The notes under the pieces: model-generated | Seen by the model: the letters and a program-made list of their open reading frames with translations, nothing else | Told to the model about the DNA's origin: nothing | Database searches by the model: none | Program-made: the position numbers and the translations under genes | Part shown: positions 1-12,074 of the stretch, piece after piece | Layout: every line of letters starts with the position of its first letter | How positions within the stretch are numbered: the stretch's first letter is position 1 | Assembly (NCBI GenBank): GCA_951406725.2 | Contig: OX597838.1 | Span: forward strand, 20,956,001-21,020,000 | Source of the DNA: Octopus vulgaris | Lineage: Eukaryota | Direction: 5' to 3' | Length of the DNA: 64,000 nt

Positions 1-1036
1 GAAAAATTTAAATATACTATAATAAAATTCAATTTTTGAATAATATTTATTATTATAGTATATTTAAATTTTTTCTATATAATATAGATAATGTCTTTCA
101 TTATTGAATTACTTAATAGAGGTTATTTCTCTTTAATGATATATATGTATATATGTTACAGTTAATTCTTTATTAACTTTTTTGCAAACCACATTGGACC
201 CTATTTCAGTCAAGTAATTCATCAAGCTTGTCTTTCCAACTAATTGTGTCTGCTAATTCCTTCTCGTAGATGCTCTCCATATTACGATACTGTTTTTCAG
301 TGTGTTTACTTTTGTTTTTGTTCTCCCCCACCCCCTCCTTGCAAGCCCCATGGGGTTACGTGTTAATCTGTCTCTCGGATGTTGGTTATGTTTGTACAAT
401 GGATATCCAAGGCGGTGCTCCTGCGTGGCCGCAATCTAATTACTGAAACTAGTGAAAGAATGGTGTTACATTTAGTCACATCATCCTCACCATTGTCATC
501 GTTGTTGTTATCTTTCATAACTTCTGCCATCATCAGTTTAGTAGTCATTGCTGTTCCCAACTCTTTTATTTCTTTATTTATTTGCTTGTTTGGTTTTTCT
601 TTTTCTTTTTCAAATATTCTTTTAATGTTTATAACAATTAGATATTTTGCTGGTTAAGCGAGAGTCCGTTCGAAGGGATTGCTTTGAAGCATTTGACTAA
701 TGAATTGAAACATTAAAATATTGGGTGACAGAATGCTTTCTGTCTGTTGGTCTTTGTCTTTGAAATATTGGGTGACAGAATGCATTGTCTGTCTGTCTGT
801 CTGGTATTTGTCTTTGAGCTGCTGTATTTAGACCGTGATCTGTTTTTGGTAGCTTCTATCAGATTATCTTTTGTCATCTATCATGAAAATAAATCTCAAC
901 AGAAAAATTATTAATATCTTATGGAGATAAAAAAAAAAAAAGAAAAGATCCTCTAATTTAAGAGTTGTTCTAAGACCCTTCTTTAAAGTAGTTCTTTGAG
1001 GTAATAACCAATAAAAGTCCTTTATTTACTGATTTA

Positions 1037-2860
1037 TTACTGTCTACTATATTTTCTTTTGTTTCTCCTGCTATGCCGCCTTGAACTCTTGCGCCTCTTT
1101 CGTTCATTGGAATCGTCACGGACAGCGACATTTGTACCAAATCCAATTCTTGAGGACCTTGCTCTTTGCAGCTGGCTTTTTTCTAACGAAGATGGGTTAC
1201 GACTTGCTCTATATTCTGCATATCTGTTGCTGTCAGTCCGGTATTCTGCTGCTGAGCTTGTAAGATATTCATTATCAGACAGATCCCTTAATAGTTGTCC
1301 TTTGAGCTTACTTGGTGTGCAGCAAGCTGGTGTTTTGTCCTTATAGAAGGTAATATCTGATGTTCCTAACCATCTTTTGAGCCAGAGCAGATTGGAATCA
1401 CAGTGCCAAGCGTTGTTGTTGAGCAGAAACGTTGTCAGTCTTGGAAATATTCCTCGTATATTCTCTGGCACGTTCTTGAGGATGTTGTATCGAAAATCGA
1501 TTTTTTGAACTGATTTTGTTACCTCAATCTGGCCGTTTCTGACTCGGTCCAGGAGACTTTTACATAGACCGGGGCTGTTCATCAAATTGAATTCCTGTAG
1601 ATTTGGCATTTCTCGGAAGAGATCCATCTGTACCCTTGCACTTTCCAATTCTCCATAAGATATATCAAGCGTGTGCAGTGATGGCAGGGATTCAAAGGAT
1701 CTCCTCTGAATAGTTGCTATCGGATTATTTGCCAGTCTTAGGCTGACCAAATTTGGCAGGTCTTTGAAGATTCCTGATGATAGTGTATGTAATTCATTAC
1801 TTTGAAGATTCAGGTCTTTCAACATTGACAACTTACTAAATGCTTCAGGCTCAATCTCAGTGAGTTTGTTTGTCTCTACTGTGAGCTCTTCTATGAGAGG
1901 ACTCTTCACAAATGCATGTCTCTCAATCCTACTAATTAAATTCGAATTGATGGCCAATTTAACTAAGTTCCTTGGTAGTTTCGTTGGCAGTGTAAATAAC
2001 TCGTTAGAATTCAGCCAAATTTCCTTCACATTATCAAGACCATTGAATGCATTGTCATGAATAGAATTAATTTGATTTTCATTAAGTGTCAATAATTGTA
2101 GTGCTGAAATGTGCTTGAGGTCGCTTTTCCCAATTTTCGTAATGTTGTTTTTGCCAAACCGGAGATCATTGATACTTTCTGGCAGCCCCTTTGGCACGCG
2201 TTCCAGTCTGTTGTTTGTGAAGTCAGCTACACGCAGAGATTTCAGTGTATAACTCAGCACACTGAAATCGACAAGTTTGTTGTTTTGAAGAACCAAATAG
2301 CGCAAATTCACCAGCGGCTCAAATGCTTTGGGATTAATCGTAGTTATTTGATTTGAGGTCAAATCCAGGTACTTCAGATTTGATAGGTTCTCAAAGTCAT
2401 TCTCTCCTATTTCTGTGATCTGGTTTGATCCTAGGTTGAGAAATGTTAGCTTAGTGTTTCTTTTGAAAATGTTTTTAATATCATAAAGGTTGTTTTTGAA
2501 GAGAACGATTCCTTGAAGTTCTGTAAGGCTTTCAAATGCCTCTTCACTGATGCTTGATATCTGGTTGTTTGTTAAATCGAGTTTGCGAAGGCCTAAAAAT
2601 GATCGGAACAGTCTGGAATTAATTGAAAGCAACCGATTTTGTGTCAAACACAACTGTTTGATTTCGTGAATATTTTCCAATCTGCCTCTGTCTAGTTTTT
2701 TCGAATCACATCCTACTAAGTTAAAAAGCGCCTCTGGGACCGGACAGTCAATTCTATCTCCAGAACACCTGCAACCATCTGGACATTGAGCTTCCAGGCC
2801 AGCTACCAGAAGACATAAGCCAAAAACCAGGAAGCACACCTGTCTGGCTAACCTGTACAT
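1037..2860 (-). CDS. Secreted leucine-rich-repeat protein, 607 aa, single coding exon (signal peptide, LRRNT, ~17-18 LRRs, reduced LRRCT, basic tail; SLRP/ALS/LRRC15-like architecture)
   Basis: Long ORF starting in a good context (CAAAG-ATG). Hydrophobic N-terminus MYRLARQVCFLVFGLCLLVAGLEA, LRRNT CPDGCRCSGDRIDC (Cx3CxCx6C), repeated LxxLxLxxNxIxxI units, LRRCT-like NNNAWHCDSNLLWLKRWL...PACCTPSKLKGQLL, no transmembrane segment. Confidence 0.95.
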   Translation of the reverse strand: MYRLARQVCFLVFGLCLLVAGLEAQCPDGCRCSGDRIDCPVPEALFNLVGCDSKKLDRGRLENIHEIKQLCLTQNRLLSINSRLFRSFLGLRKLDLTNNQISSISEEAFESLTELQGIVLFKNNLYDIKNIFKRNTKLTFLNLGSNQITEIGENDFENLSNLKYLDLTSNQITTINPKAFEPLVNLRYLVLQNNKLVDFSVLSYTLKSLRVADFTNNRLERVPKGLPESINDLRFGKNNITKIGKSDLKHISALQLLTLNENQINSIHDNAFNGLDNVKEIWLNSNELFTLPTKLPRNLVKLAINSNLISRIERHAFVKSPLIEELTVETNKLTEIEPEAFSKLSMLKDLNLQSNELHTLSSGIFKDLPNLVSLRLANNPIATIQRRSFESLPSLHTLDISYGELESARVQMDLFREMPNLQEFNLMNSPGLCKSLLDRVRNGQIEVTKSVQKIDFRYNILKNVPENIRGIFPRLTTFLLNNNAWHCDSNLLWLKRWLGTSDITFYKDKTPACCTPSKLKGQLLRDLSDNEYLTSSAAEYRTDSNRYAEYRASRNPSSLEKSQLQRARSSRIGFGTNVAVRDDSNERKRRKSSRRHSRRNKRKYSRQ

Positions 2861-2930
2861 CTTTGTGTTGTTATCTGGTCCTTCACTGGAAGATGTCTGT
2901 TCTGAAAAGCAAAGAAAATTATTAAATCAT
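2861..2930 (-). other. 3' splice acceptor and 41-nt 5'UTR part of the LRR coding exon (exon starts at 2901)
   Basis: Minus strand reads TTTAATAATTTTCTTTGCTTTTCAG|AACAGAC, 41 nt upstream of the ATG. Confidence 0.8.
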
Positions 2931-3056
2931 CAACTTTTCAATATTGGCTGTCACAGGTGGAAATATTTATTCTCCAGTTTGAAATTTAAAAAATAAATTA
3001 TCTATGAAATATATTTCAGAAACAGAAACTTAATAGTAGAAAATAGTTAAACTATA

Positions 3057-3434
3057 GGTGCAGGAGTGGCTGTGTGGTAAGTAGCTTGCTTACTGACCAT
3101 ATGGTTCTGGGTTCAGTCCCACTGCGTGGCACCTTGGGCAAGTGTCTTCTGCTATAGCCTTGGGCCGACTAAAGCCTTGTGAGTGGATTTGATAGACGGA
3201 AACTGAAAAGAAGCTCGTTGTATATATGTATATACATGTGCCTGTGTTTGTCCCCCCAACATCACTTGACAACTGATGCTGGTGTGCTTACGTCCCTGTA
3301 ACTTAGCGGTTCAGCAAAAGAGATCCGATGGAATAAGTACTAGGCTTACAAAGAATAAGTCCTGGGGTTGATTTGCTTGACTAAAGGCGGTGCTCCAGCA
3401 TGGCCACAGTCAAATGACTGAAACAAGTAAAAGA
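3057..3434 (+). mobile_element. tRNA-derived SINE family A (~380-410 bp, internal TA/TG microsatellite)
   Basis: Head GGAGTGGCTGTGTGGTAAG...GGTTCAGTCCC (A/B-box-like), tail GAAACAAGTAAAAGA. Further copies at ~5626-6040(+), 32139-32535(-), 36663-37062(-), 37236-37633(+), 39388-39725(-), 41458-41872(-). Confidence 0.9.
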
Positions 3435-4304
3435 CAGTATAAATGAAATTCAATTTAAATTTATTTTTCAATTTGAATTGATGAAAGTGTTTTATGTAAC
3501 CATAGAATACCTGTGATTACATTTATCCATTGCACCTTTCCCTGTAGTTGTTATTTAGTTCCTGGCAGACCCTAAATGAGGGGACATCATTTATGTTGCT
3601 CTTTGTTTCAAACTTAATGTATCTTGGGCTGTGCTGTGTCTTTCTTTTTAAAGATAGTAGGTTGAGGGAGATTTGACTGCTGTTTCAAGTAGGCCAAGCT
3701 GCTGCACAGAGGCTTTCCTTTGTCTGAAGTCTTATACTTCACTGGTGAGGTCAGTATAAGATGAAAACATATCAGAAGGTTTGTCTGTTTTACTTGCTGT
3801 TTGGTAAGACGCTTGCTCCCCAACCACATGGTTCTGGGTTCAGTCCTAATGTGTGGCACCTTGGCTGTCTTCTACTATAGCCCCAGGCCAACCAAAGCCT
3901 TGTGAGTGGATCTGGTAGACAGAAACTGAAAGAAGGCAGTTTGTTTGTGTGTGTGTACATGTGTGCATGTATGTATGTACATGCACATATGTGTGTGTGT
4001 GTGTGTATATATGTATGTATGCATGTATGTCTCAATCAGTGTTTGTGATTGTCCCCCTCCCCCTTTCACTGTTCGACAACCTGTGTTGGTTTGCTTATGT
4101 CTCTGTAACTTAGTGGTTCAGCAAAAGAGACCAGTAGGATAAATACTAAGGGCAATTTGTTCAAGGAACAAAAAAGAAAAAACTCTTCATAGTGGCACCC
4201 CAGCAAGGCTGCAGTCCAATGACTGAAACAAGTGAAGGGTCAAGGAGATCCACACTGTGATACCAGGAAAGTTAATAAGGACCGATTGTCTTAGCCATCA
4301 TGCC

Positions 4305-4391
<87 letters not shown>

Positions 4392-5195
4392 TTTGCCTCT
4401 CTGTCTCTCTCCTTAACTGGTGGCAACAAACTATACATCATCTATGGTTGCTTCTACAGTTTTAGTCTTGGGTAAACTTCCTTCAGTTCATGTTGTTATT
4501 GTTGTTGTCTCTCAAACACCTGCTAAGTCCTACATATTGGGGAGAGCAGAGGGTGACATAAGCAGAGTAAGTTGTATTTTCCTTATGATGATGATGATGG
4601 TGGTGGTGGTGGTGGAAGATGGTCATATTACTGGTTAGACTGGTTTGAAGCTAAACAGAGAGAGAGAGAGAGAGAAAGAGCAGGACAGAAAGAAATATGA
4701 CTGCTTGACCTGCTAGAAACAGCAGCCAAATCTCCATCCCTTAAATCATGTCCTACTGGTCTTAAAAAAGAACGTGTTTGATAACATGGTCCCTGGTTCC
4801 CTGTATGTAGGGAAATGATAAGATTTTCATGATTGAATGTGTTTTTGGTCATAGGCCTGCTGGTCTCAAACTGACCTGGAGTTGGATAAAAACAACTGCA
4901 GTACTACAGTACTATTATGACAGTGTATGGCATTTTTAGGTAACGTGGGCTGGGAGCTGTTTTCAAATAATCTCTTGAAAGGCACAGGTTAAGGGCTGTT
5001 CTTAACCCTTCAGCATTCAGATTATTCTATCAAATGTAACCCTTAGTTATTCACATTATCTTGTAGCCTTGAGATTTCGATGATGCAGTTTATTTTCAGT
5101 TCAGAATGACATTGGTGGGTAGGTGTGAAAGGCTGGATTTGGCCAGTTTGAATATGTAACAGGAAGAATAGTTTGTCTAGATGTGGCTGGTTTAA

Positions 5196-5415
5196 CTCTT
5201 TCGTTACCATCTCGGCTGAAACCGGCTCTAGCTCTGAGTACAAATGTCTTGTTTTCATAAGTTTTGAATTAAAATCTTCCACCAAATCTTAGTCACAATT
5301 TATGTTCCTAACACTAACTGAATGATAACTAAGTTATTTTACTAAATCCTTTGTTATATTTAAAGTTATTGAAAGAAACACAGAGCATCTCAACAGAAAT
5401 ACAGTAACGAAAGGG
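5196..5415. mobile_element. TTAA-flanked MITE (piggyBac-like), inserted near the end of an older TTAA-type MITE starting at ~5002
   Basis: TTAA|CTCTTTCGTTAC...GTAACGAAAGGG|TTAA terminal inverted repeats with TTAA duplication. Confidence 0.75.
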
Positions 5416-5625
5416 TTAAATGATGCAGTAAAGGTGATGCTGCTATACAGTTGTGTGTTATGTGTGTGTGTGTGTGTGGTGTTAAGAAATCTCTAGCCAT
5501 TAGCTGTGATAGTATAGTAACAATAATAACAGCAACAGCGTAACCCTTTTTGTACCCATATTTATACTGAAAGACACGGCTTTGTTGTCATTATTAAGCT
5601 GCTGTTTGAAACATAAATTAACATA

Positions 5626-5787
5626 GGCATAGGAGTGGCTATGTGGTAAGTAGCTTGCTTACCAACCACATAGTTCCGGGCTCAGTCCCACTGTGTGGTA
5701 CTTTGGACAAGTGTCTTCTACTATAGCCTCGGGCCGACCAAAGCCTTGTGAGTGGATTTGGTAGACGGAAACTGATAGAAGCCCATC

Positions 5788-5829
<42 letters not shown>

Positions 5830-6040
5830 GTGTGTGTGTTTGTGTGTTTATGTTTGTCCCCCCAACATCACTTGACAACTGATGCTGGTGTGTTTACGTC
5901 CCCGTAACTTAGCGGTTCGGCAAAAGAGACTGACAGAATAAGTAGTAGGCTTACAAAGAATAAGTCTTGGGGTCGATTTGCTCGGCTAAAGGCAGTGCTC
6001 CAGCATGGCCACAGTCAAATGACTGAAACAAGTAAAAGAG
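5626..6040 (+). mobile_element. SINE family A, full length
   Basis: Near-identical to 3057-3434 with an expanded internal (TA)n. Confidence 0.9.
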
Positions 6041-6896
6041 TATAGAAAGTTTCAATTTAGACCACTTTAAAAAAAGGGAGTTTGTATCATAGAACTGTGT
6101 GTATATGTGTGGCAGGGTCTTAGATTGGTTGGTACCACAGGGGTTAAATATATAATAAGGGCTAGAAGAGACGACATGAAGGCAAGTGGGTGATGCAGAT
6201 TATAACAACAAAGATAGTGACAAAGTAGTGGACAACAGCAGCAACAACTACAACAGTACCAACAATGAACTAATTAACAGTAATTTCTGTGGTTTTTCGA
6301 CATGCTAGAAATGACAGCTAAATCTTCCTCAAATCACCTTTTGGATGATATATTTCTAGATACACTGTGTCTGGTAAAAGGCAGGAAGGTCATAGTTGGA
6401 TTTGCCTTTGATAATTGTTCTATTTTATCTAGGCTGGACATGTAGCTTAACAACAACAACAACAAGGTGGGGTATATATAAAGTAGCCCTAGGTGCACTG
6501 TCTGAATAAGACAGGTTGGTCATGGCGAGAACACCTCTGATCACAGATCTATTAGGATATGGCTAACCTAGGGTTAAACAGTAACAACAGAAAGTATATC
6601 TAACCAAGTTCTCAGTATGCTCTCTGAATGAGATAGGTTGGTCATGGTGGGAATATCTTTGATCATAGATCAGGACTGACCCAAGGTTGAACAACAACAA
6701 CAATAATAATAAACAAGGACACATTAAATAATGTAGTCTTAGATAAACTGTCTACAAACCAAAGGCGGAGTAGGGTGGGGTTAATGTTGGTAAACTTTTG
6801 ATCATATAGGTTTACTGGATCAATATACTAACCCGGGGCTAAACGATAAATTTCAAAACCAAAAAAAAAAAAAAGAACAAAACGTAAACAACCTAC

Positions 6897-7167
6897 CTGT
6901 CTTGGGGACTAATTAATATTGTAACTTGGTACCATTTGAGGGTAATAACCAGTTGAAACTCATATATATATAGTATAATATGGTATATACATATATATAT
7001 ATAAATATATATGTGTAGGAAACCTGTTGATATTTTTTTTTTATTTGCTTTCTTTCTCTCTATGAGTTTTACTTTGGGTATTGATCCAAAAAAAAAATTA
7101 CCATTTGTCACTCTGTTGAGTGACCACACCAAACTGAGCTCTTTGCTGCTCTCTGGACAACTGCACT
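6897..7167 (-). other. Putative non-coding first exon of the LRR gene
   Basis: Minus-strand donor CAG|GTAGGT at 6897/6896 (weaker alternative ATG|GTAATT at 7102/7101); unique non-repeat sequence; Inr-like TCAGT at its 5' end. Confidence 0.45.
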
Positions 7168-7200
7168 GAATCAGACAAAGGGAGGCCTTTTTATTGATGC
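7160..7200 (-). promoter_or_regulatory. Putative core promoter of the LRR gene (TATA-like box plus Inr)
   Basis: Minus strand CAATAAAAAGG (7196-7186) lies about 28-29 nt upstream of the A (7167) in TCAGT, i.e. TATA/Inr spacing. Confidence 0.35.
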
Positions 7201-7425
7201 TGCAGCAGCAACTAATAGAAACCAGTCACTTGCCCTCATGCTCGGCTCTGCCTCCCTTCTTCTTCTTCTTCTTCTTCTTCTACTTTTTCTTCTCCTCCTC
7301 TTCCTCTTCCTCCTCTTCAGTAGACTGGTGAAGCAAGGTAATGGTTGGAGGGAAGATAGATTGCTCACCACACACACACACACAATAGACTGTATGCATA
7401 CTCTTAGTTCTCATGCAAGTTCTGC

Positions 7426-7850
7426 TCATATACATACATACATACATACATAACTACATACATACATACATACATACATAAGTACATACATACAACACAC
7501 ATACATACATACAACACACATACATACATACATACTTACATACATAAGTACATACATACATACATAAGTACATACACACATACATAAGTACATACACACA
7601 TACATAAGTACATACACACATACATAAGTACATACACACATACATAAGTACATACACACATAAATACATAAATAAATACATACATATACATACATACATA
7701 CAAACATACATACATAAATACATACACACATACATACACACATACATGCACACACACACACATACATACATACATACATACATACATACATACATACATA
7801 AATAGATACATACACACACACACACATACATACATACATACATAAACAAA
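7426..7850. repeat. Compound (CATA)n microsatellite with a 20-bp higher-order unit TACATAAGTACATACACACA
   Basis: Read directly; source of the MYVCMYVC-type ORFs. Confidence 0.9.
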
Positions 7851-8990
7851 CACTTATAGTAACTTTTCTTTACATATACACAGCTGTGTGTATAAATACA
7901 TGCAGACATTATCTCACAAACTCACATACACACACAACGCCTGTCTGTCTGTCTGAATGTGTTTTTATGTATGTGTATGTATGTATGTATGTATGTATGT
8001 GTATACAAAGTGAAGTGTGTTGTAGCCAGTTTTAGGCCTACACCCATTCATTAGTGTTCACTATGACCCTTCCACCACCCCACCCCACCTCTCAGTATTT
8101 GAAATGAGGAGATAAAAAAAAATATCCCCACTAGTTTAAACAGGGAATACTAAATTAGGATATTATCTCATGAACTTCTCTATCCCCACACCCCCACCCC
8201 ACCCCAATCTCCTCTATTTTGACTGGCCAGTTGGGCGGAGGGTATTGAGCTGTTCCCTCCTATTTCTTCCTTCCTTTCTTCCTTACTTACTTCCTTCTTC
8301 TCTCATAACCATGCCTTTGGTTTCTGCTTATTTACTTCCTTGCAATCTCCCCTCACACACTCGCTCTACCCCCTCCATCATCTATCTTCTATCTTTCTAT
8401 TTAATTCTTTCCTCCACCTCTTCTCAGCCTCCTCCCCCTCTTTCTCTCTCTCTCTCTCACTTTCCCTCCACACCTTTCATTTTTTTTTTCTGCCCCTCCC
8501 ATTTTATTACCATTTTCTCAACATCTTCTCTCTATCCCTCCCCCCAATCCTTTTCCTACATCTTCCTTTAGCCCCCTCTCCTTCTCTCCTCCCTTCATTA
8601 CACCTACACTTTACTTTCACTTTTCGCCACTTTCCACCTTTTTTCATTTAAAAATCATTATTCCCCACCCTCATCCCACTTGTATATAAACATTTAATTA
8701 AATCGTAGATGTTTATGGTTTTATACTTTTGTATGTATTTGCAGGTGCACACACACACACACATGCATACACAGTTGCATGAAAGATGCATGCATGCATA
8801 CATACATACATGCATGAATGAATGTATGTATGCATGTGCATATATGGATGTAGGGCCGCAAGTCTTTCTTACTTTAATTAATTGCTAATGAAAATTAATA
8901 ATTCACTAAATATTTTTAACTATAAATAAACATTGAAACTATGTCCTTGACAATCACACGGTGTGTAAAATACATGATATATATATATAT

Positions 8991-9028
<38 letters not shown>

Positions 9029-9907
9029 GTATAGAGCTACATTGAGTGTTTGAACTGTGTATACTCTTGTGCATTTATATCTGTTTATATATGTACATAT
9101 ATGCGTATGTACATGTAGTGTGAGAACCATATGTAAATATGTAGCAGACCAGTCAGTTCTTAGCCAAATATTTTTCCTGATTCTCACAGATGTTTTCCTG
9201 ACAGCTTTGTCCTTGAACTTACTTCCAACGTCTCATAAAACACAACAAATGGCACATTTAGTTTTGACCTACACCCTTGTTGTATATATTCAGTACATGG
9301 AATGCTTTGTGCCCCAACACTTAACGTGCATACACACACATACATACACATATATGTATGTATGTTAGTTATACTTTAAAAAAAATGTTTTTTGGAAATT
9401 CTTTCTAGAAAAATGGACCTTGTTTCTAACAAAGAAATGCTAGAATTTAGATAACGATTCTAGAATTGATCCTAGAATTTAGATAACGACATTAGTGAAA
9501 GGTTTCATGTTCAAATTTAACCCTTTTAGCATTCAGATTATGCTGTCAAATATAAAGACTCCCTTCAGTCATGGATGACCATGGGATTGCACCTAGAATG
9601 TAATTATTTATATAAATGTGTTAGCAATCACGTATCAGTATTGTAAATGTATCTTTAGCACACATATTTATATTTACTTTATGTGGCCGTAGATGATAGC
9701 ATGTATATGTTCATTCTAGGAAACTCGAATGTATCCATGTGTATATGTATGTATGCCTATCTGTATATAGTAATGTATGTATTATGTATATATATGTATG
9801 TATGAGCGATGAATAATCATTTTATCAAAACCAGAGAAATGAGTAGCATCCTTGCTAGTATTTGAACTCGGTATTTAGAGGGTAACACTGCAGGATATTT
9901 AGCCTGC

Positions 9908-9946
<39 letters not shown>

Positions 9947-10190
9947 TCATCGTTTAACGTCCGTTTACCATGCTAGCATGGGTTGGACAGTTTGACTGGT
10001 GTCTGGGAAGCCAGGAGGCTGCACCAGGCTCCGCTTTGATCTGGCAGTGTTTCTACAGCTGGATGACCTTCCTAACACCAACAACTCCATGAGTGTAGTG
10101 GGTGCTTTTTACATGCCGTGGGCACGGAATCCAGTTGAGGTGACATTGGCATCAGCCACATACTTATTTCAGTTCATTTGACTGCAGCCA

Positions 10191-10225
<35 letters not shown>

Positions 10226-10639
10226 CATGTTCAATGCATTTCTATCTCATGTTCAGTCTACTCCAGGCCTCCCTGGTTTCCATCTTTGCAACACAGATGT
10301 TTTACAAGTTTGCTGCAGATGTTCAACAAGGCCTGCATCTTCTTTTACTCTGCACTGTTTCCCAAAATAATAGTTGATGTATAGCTACATTTATTTTTCT
10401 TTACCATCCATGTCTCACAAACTTGAATTAGCATTGCTTGATGTTCTTTTTTTTTTTTGTTAATATTGGTATTATATGGTATTATATTTCCAAATAATAC
10501 ACTATTTGGTAAATGTTGCTCCTGAGAAATGTTCTTCACCCTCCTCTATGTCTTGAATAATCAAGGAATGCTTTCCTCAGTAGACAGCCGAACTGAATTG
10601 AGACAAGGACACTGCTGGCTGCAAGCCTTTGAAATATTA

Positions 10640-11900
10640 AAAGATATTTCTGCTTTCAATTTTCAATGTTTGGACTTGGATGTTTAAAATTCGTCAAGTC
10701 ACCACATTGACTGAAAAGCAATGCATTGAGATAATCTGCATACAGGAACATTAGGTTTTATCTTAAGGATGCTAGCATTAATCTTAAAAGCATGGGAGAA
10801 GTATCGATGCATCTCGCAATTTCAGCAGAAAAAAGCTGGAAGCAATTCAGTGCTCACTATTACTCTTGAACCCAGGGGCCTCTATAGCTTTGAATTCCTT
10901 TAAAAGTATGACTCTACATACAATGATTGCTTCATTTTATGGTAATCCAAGCACAAATGAAGATGATATGATCCAGTTTTATTGAAATTGCACTGATCTA
11001 ACTTAAGTAATTCCCTAACACAATGTCAAAATTATTGGAGCTGATATTAACACAAAAATTGGCTAAGATGTTAAGGTAGTGGTTCTCAACTGGGGTTCGT
11101 ATGGCCCTTAGGGGCTCTGTATAAGATTTTGTGGTTAAAGTTTGTGTGCAATAAATTAGTTATGCTTCTACAATGCATAAAATTATTTGTATACAATTTC
11201 TCATGATATTTAGTTATACAAATATAATTGGATTTTTTAAGCATTGAATGGCTAGGATGGTCCCTCTGAGTAAAATAGAAAACAAAAAGGTCCACAGGTA
11301 GAAAATGGTTGAGAAACAGTGTGTTAAGGGATTCAAGTTTACCTCAATTTACCTGTAAGAATGGCAAATGTCCCCTAAATTTTCAAACTGTGTAAAATGA
11401 ATATACAATATGCAAAGACAAAAATAAAAATAAAAAGCTGTGGATGTTTACAACCCCAAACTACACCAAGGCACTATTAAATCACATTTTATTCAACAAA
11501 GATTGGGAAAATATTGCTATGAGCTATGGAGCTTATATTTTCCTTTTATTTTAACTGACGAATGTGACCATTGAATTGTGAGAGGAAAGTTCCAAGGCAG
11601 GGTTTGAGAATAAATAAGAACTTAAGTAAAAAAGGGAAAAAATGAGTATGTTATGACTGTGAAAGAAACTTACCACAGATGCAGATGTAAGAAGCTCATA
11701 TATGATTGCTATCAGAATTCACTTTGACTAAAAAAGAGAAAATGTCATCTGTGTTTAGAGTAGGCATCATAAATGCATATGAAAATGCAGCAGGAATAAA
11801 TATTCTAAAAGTAGAAAGAGGAAACAATTAAATCCCGTGAGAAAGCAATGGAGATAATTAAAAGAAGGACTGAAGGAAGCATATGAAGTTACATCTATAA
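10640..11900 (+). mobile_element. Degraded RTE/RTE-X-type LINE endonuclease (APE) region, split by a hAT MITE
   Basis: Frames give FNVWT...IEIICIQEH, MIASFYGNPST, IP*HNVKIIGADINTKIG, KLWMFTNP and DH*IV, with stops and frameshifts. Confidence 0.75.
11077..11321. mobile_element. hAT (Charlie/MER5-like) MITE, 245 bp
   Basis: TIRs TAGTGGTTCTCAAC / GTTGAGAAACAGTG; perfect 8-bp TSD TGTTAAGG at 11069-11076 and 11322-11329. Confidence 0.88.
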
Positions 11901-12074
11901 GTAAACTCATGAGAGCTAACAAAGCAACATTGCAATACATATGTATATATATGTATATATATATATACACATATACACACATATGTACACACGCACATAT
12001 ACATTCTTTAACAATTGAATTAAAAATAATTTTTTGCAGAATTAAAAAGAGCTTTGTTATTCTCTCTGTAAATG

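Noticed and set aside
1059-2356. Short + strand ORFs overlapping the LRR CDS
   Set aside because: Antisense shadows of the real coding exon.
5639-5878. Recurrent ORFs containing SFRLPNPLTRLW...GTEPGTMW or FLQLDALPNANH
   Set aside because: Incidental translations of SINE families A and C, repeated across the window.
7426-7909. 100-160-aa MYVC/YIYI/HTHT ORFs here and at ~34500-35300, 45030-45400 and 49675-50470
   Set aside because: Translations of TA/TG/CATA microsatellites.
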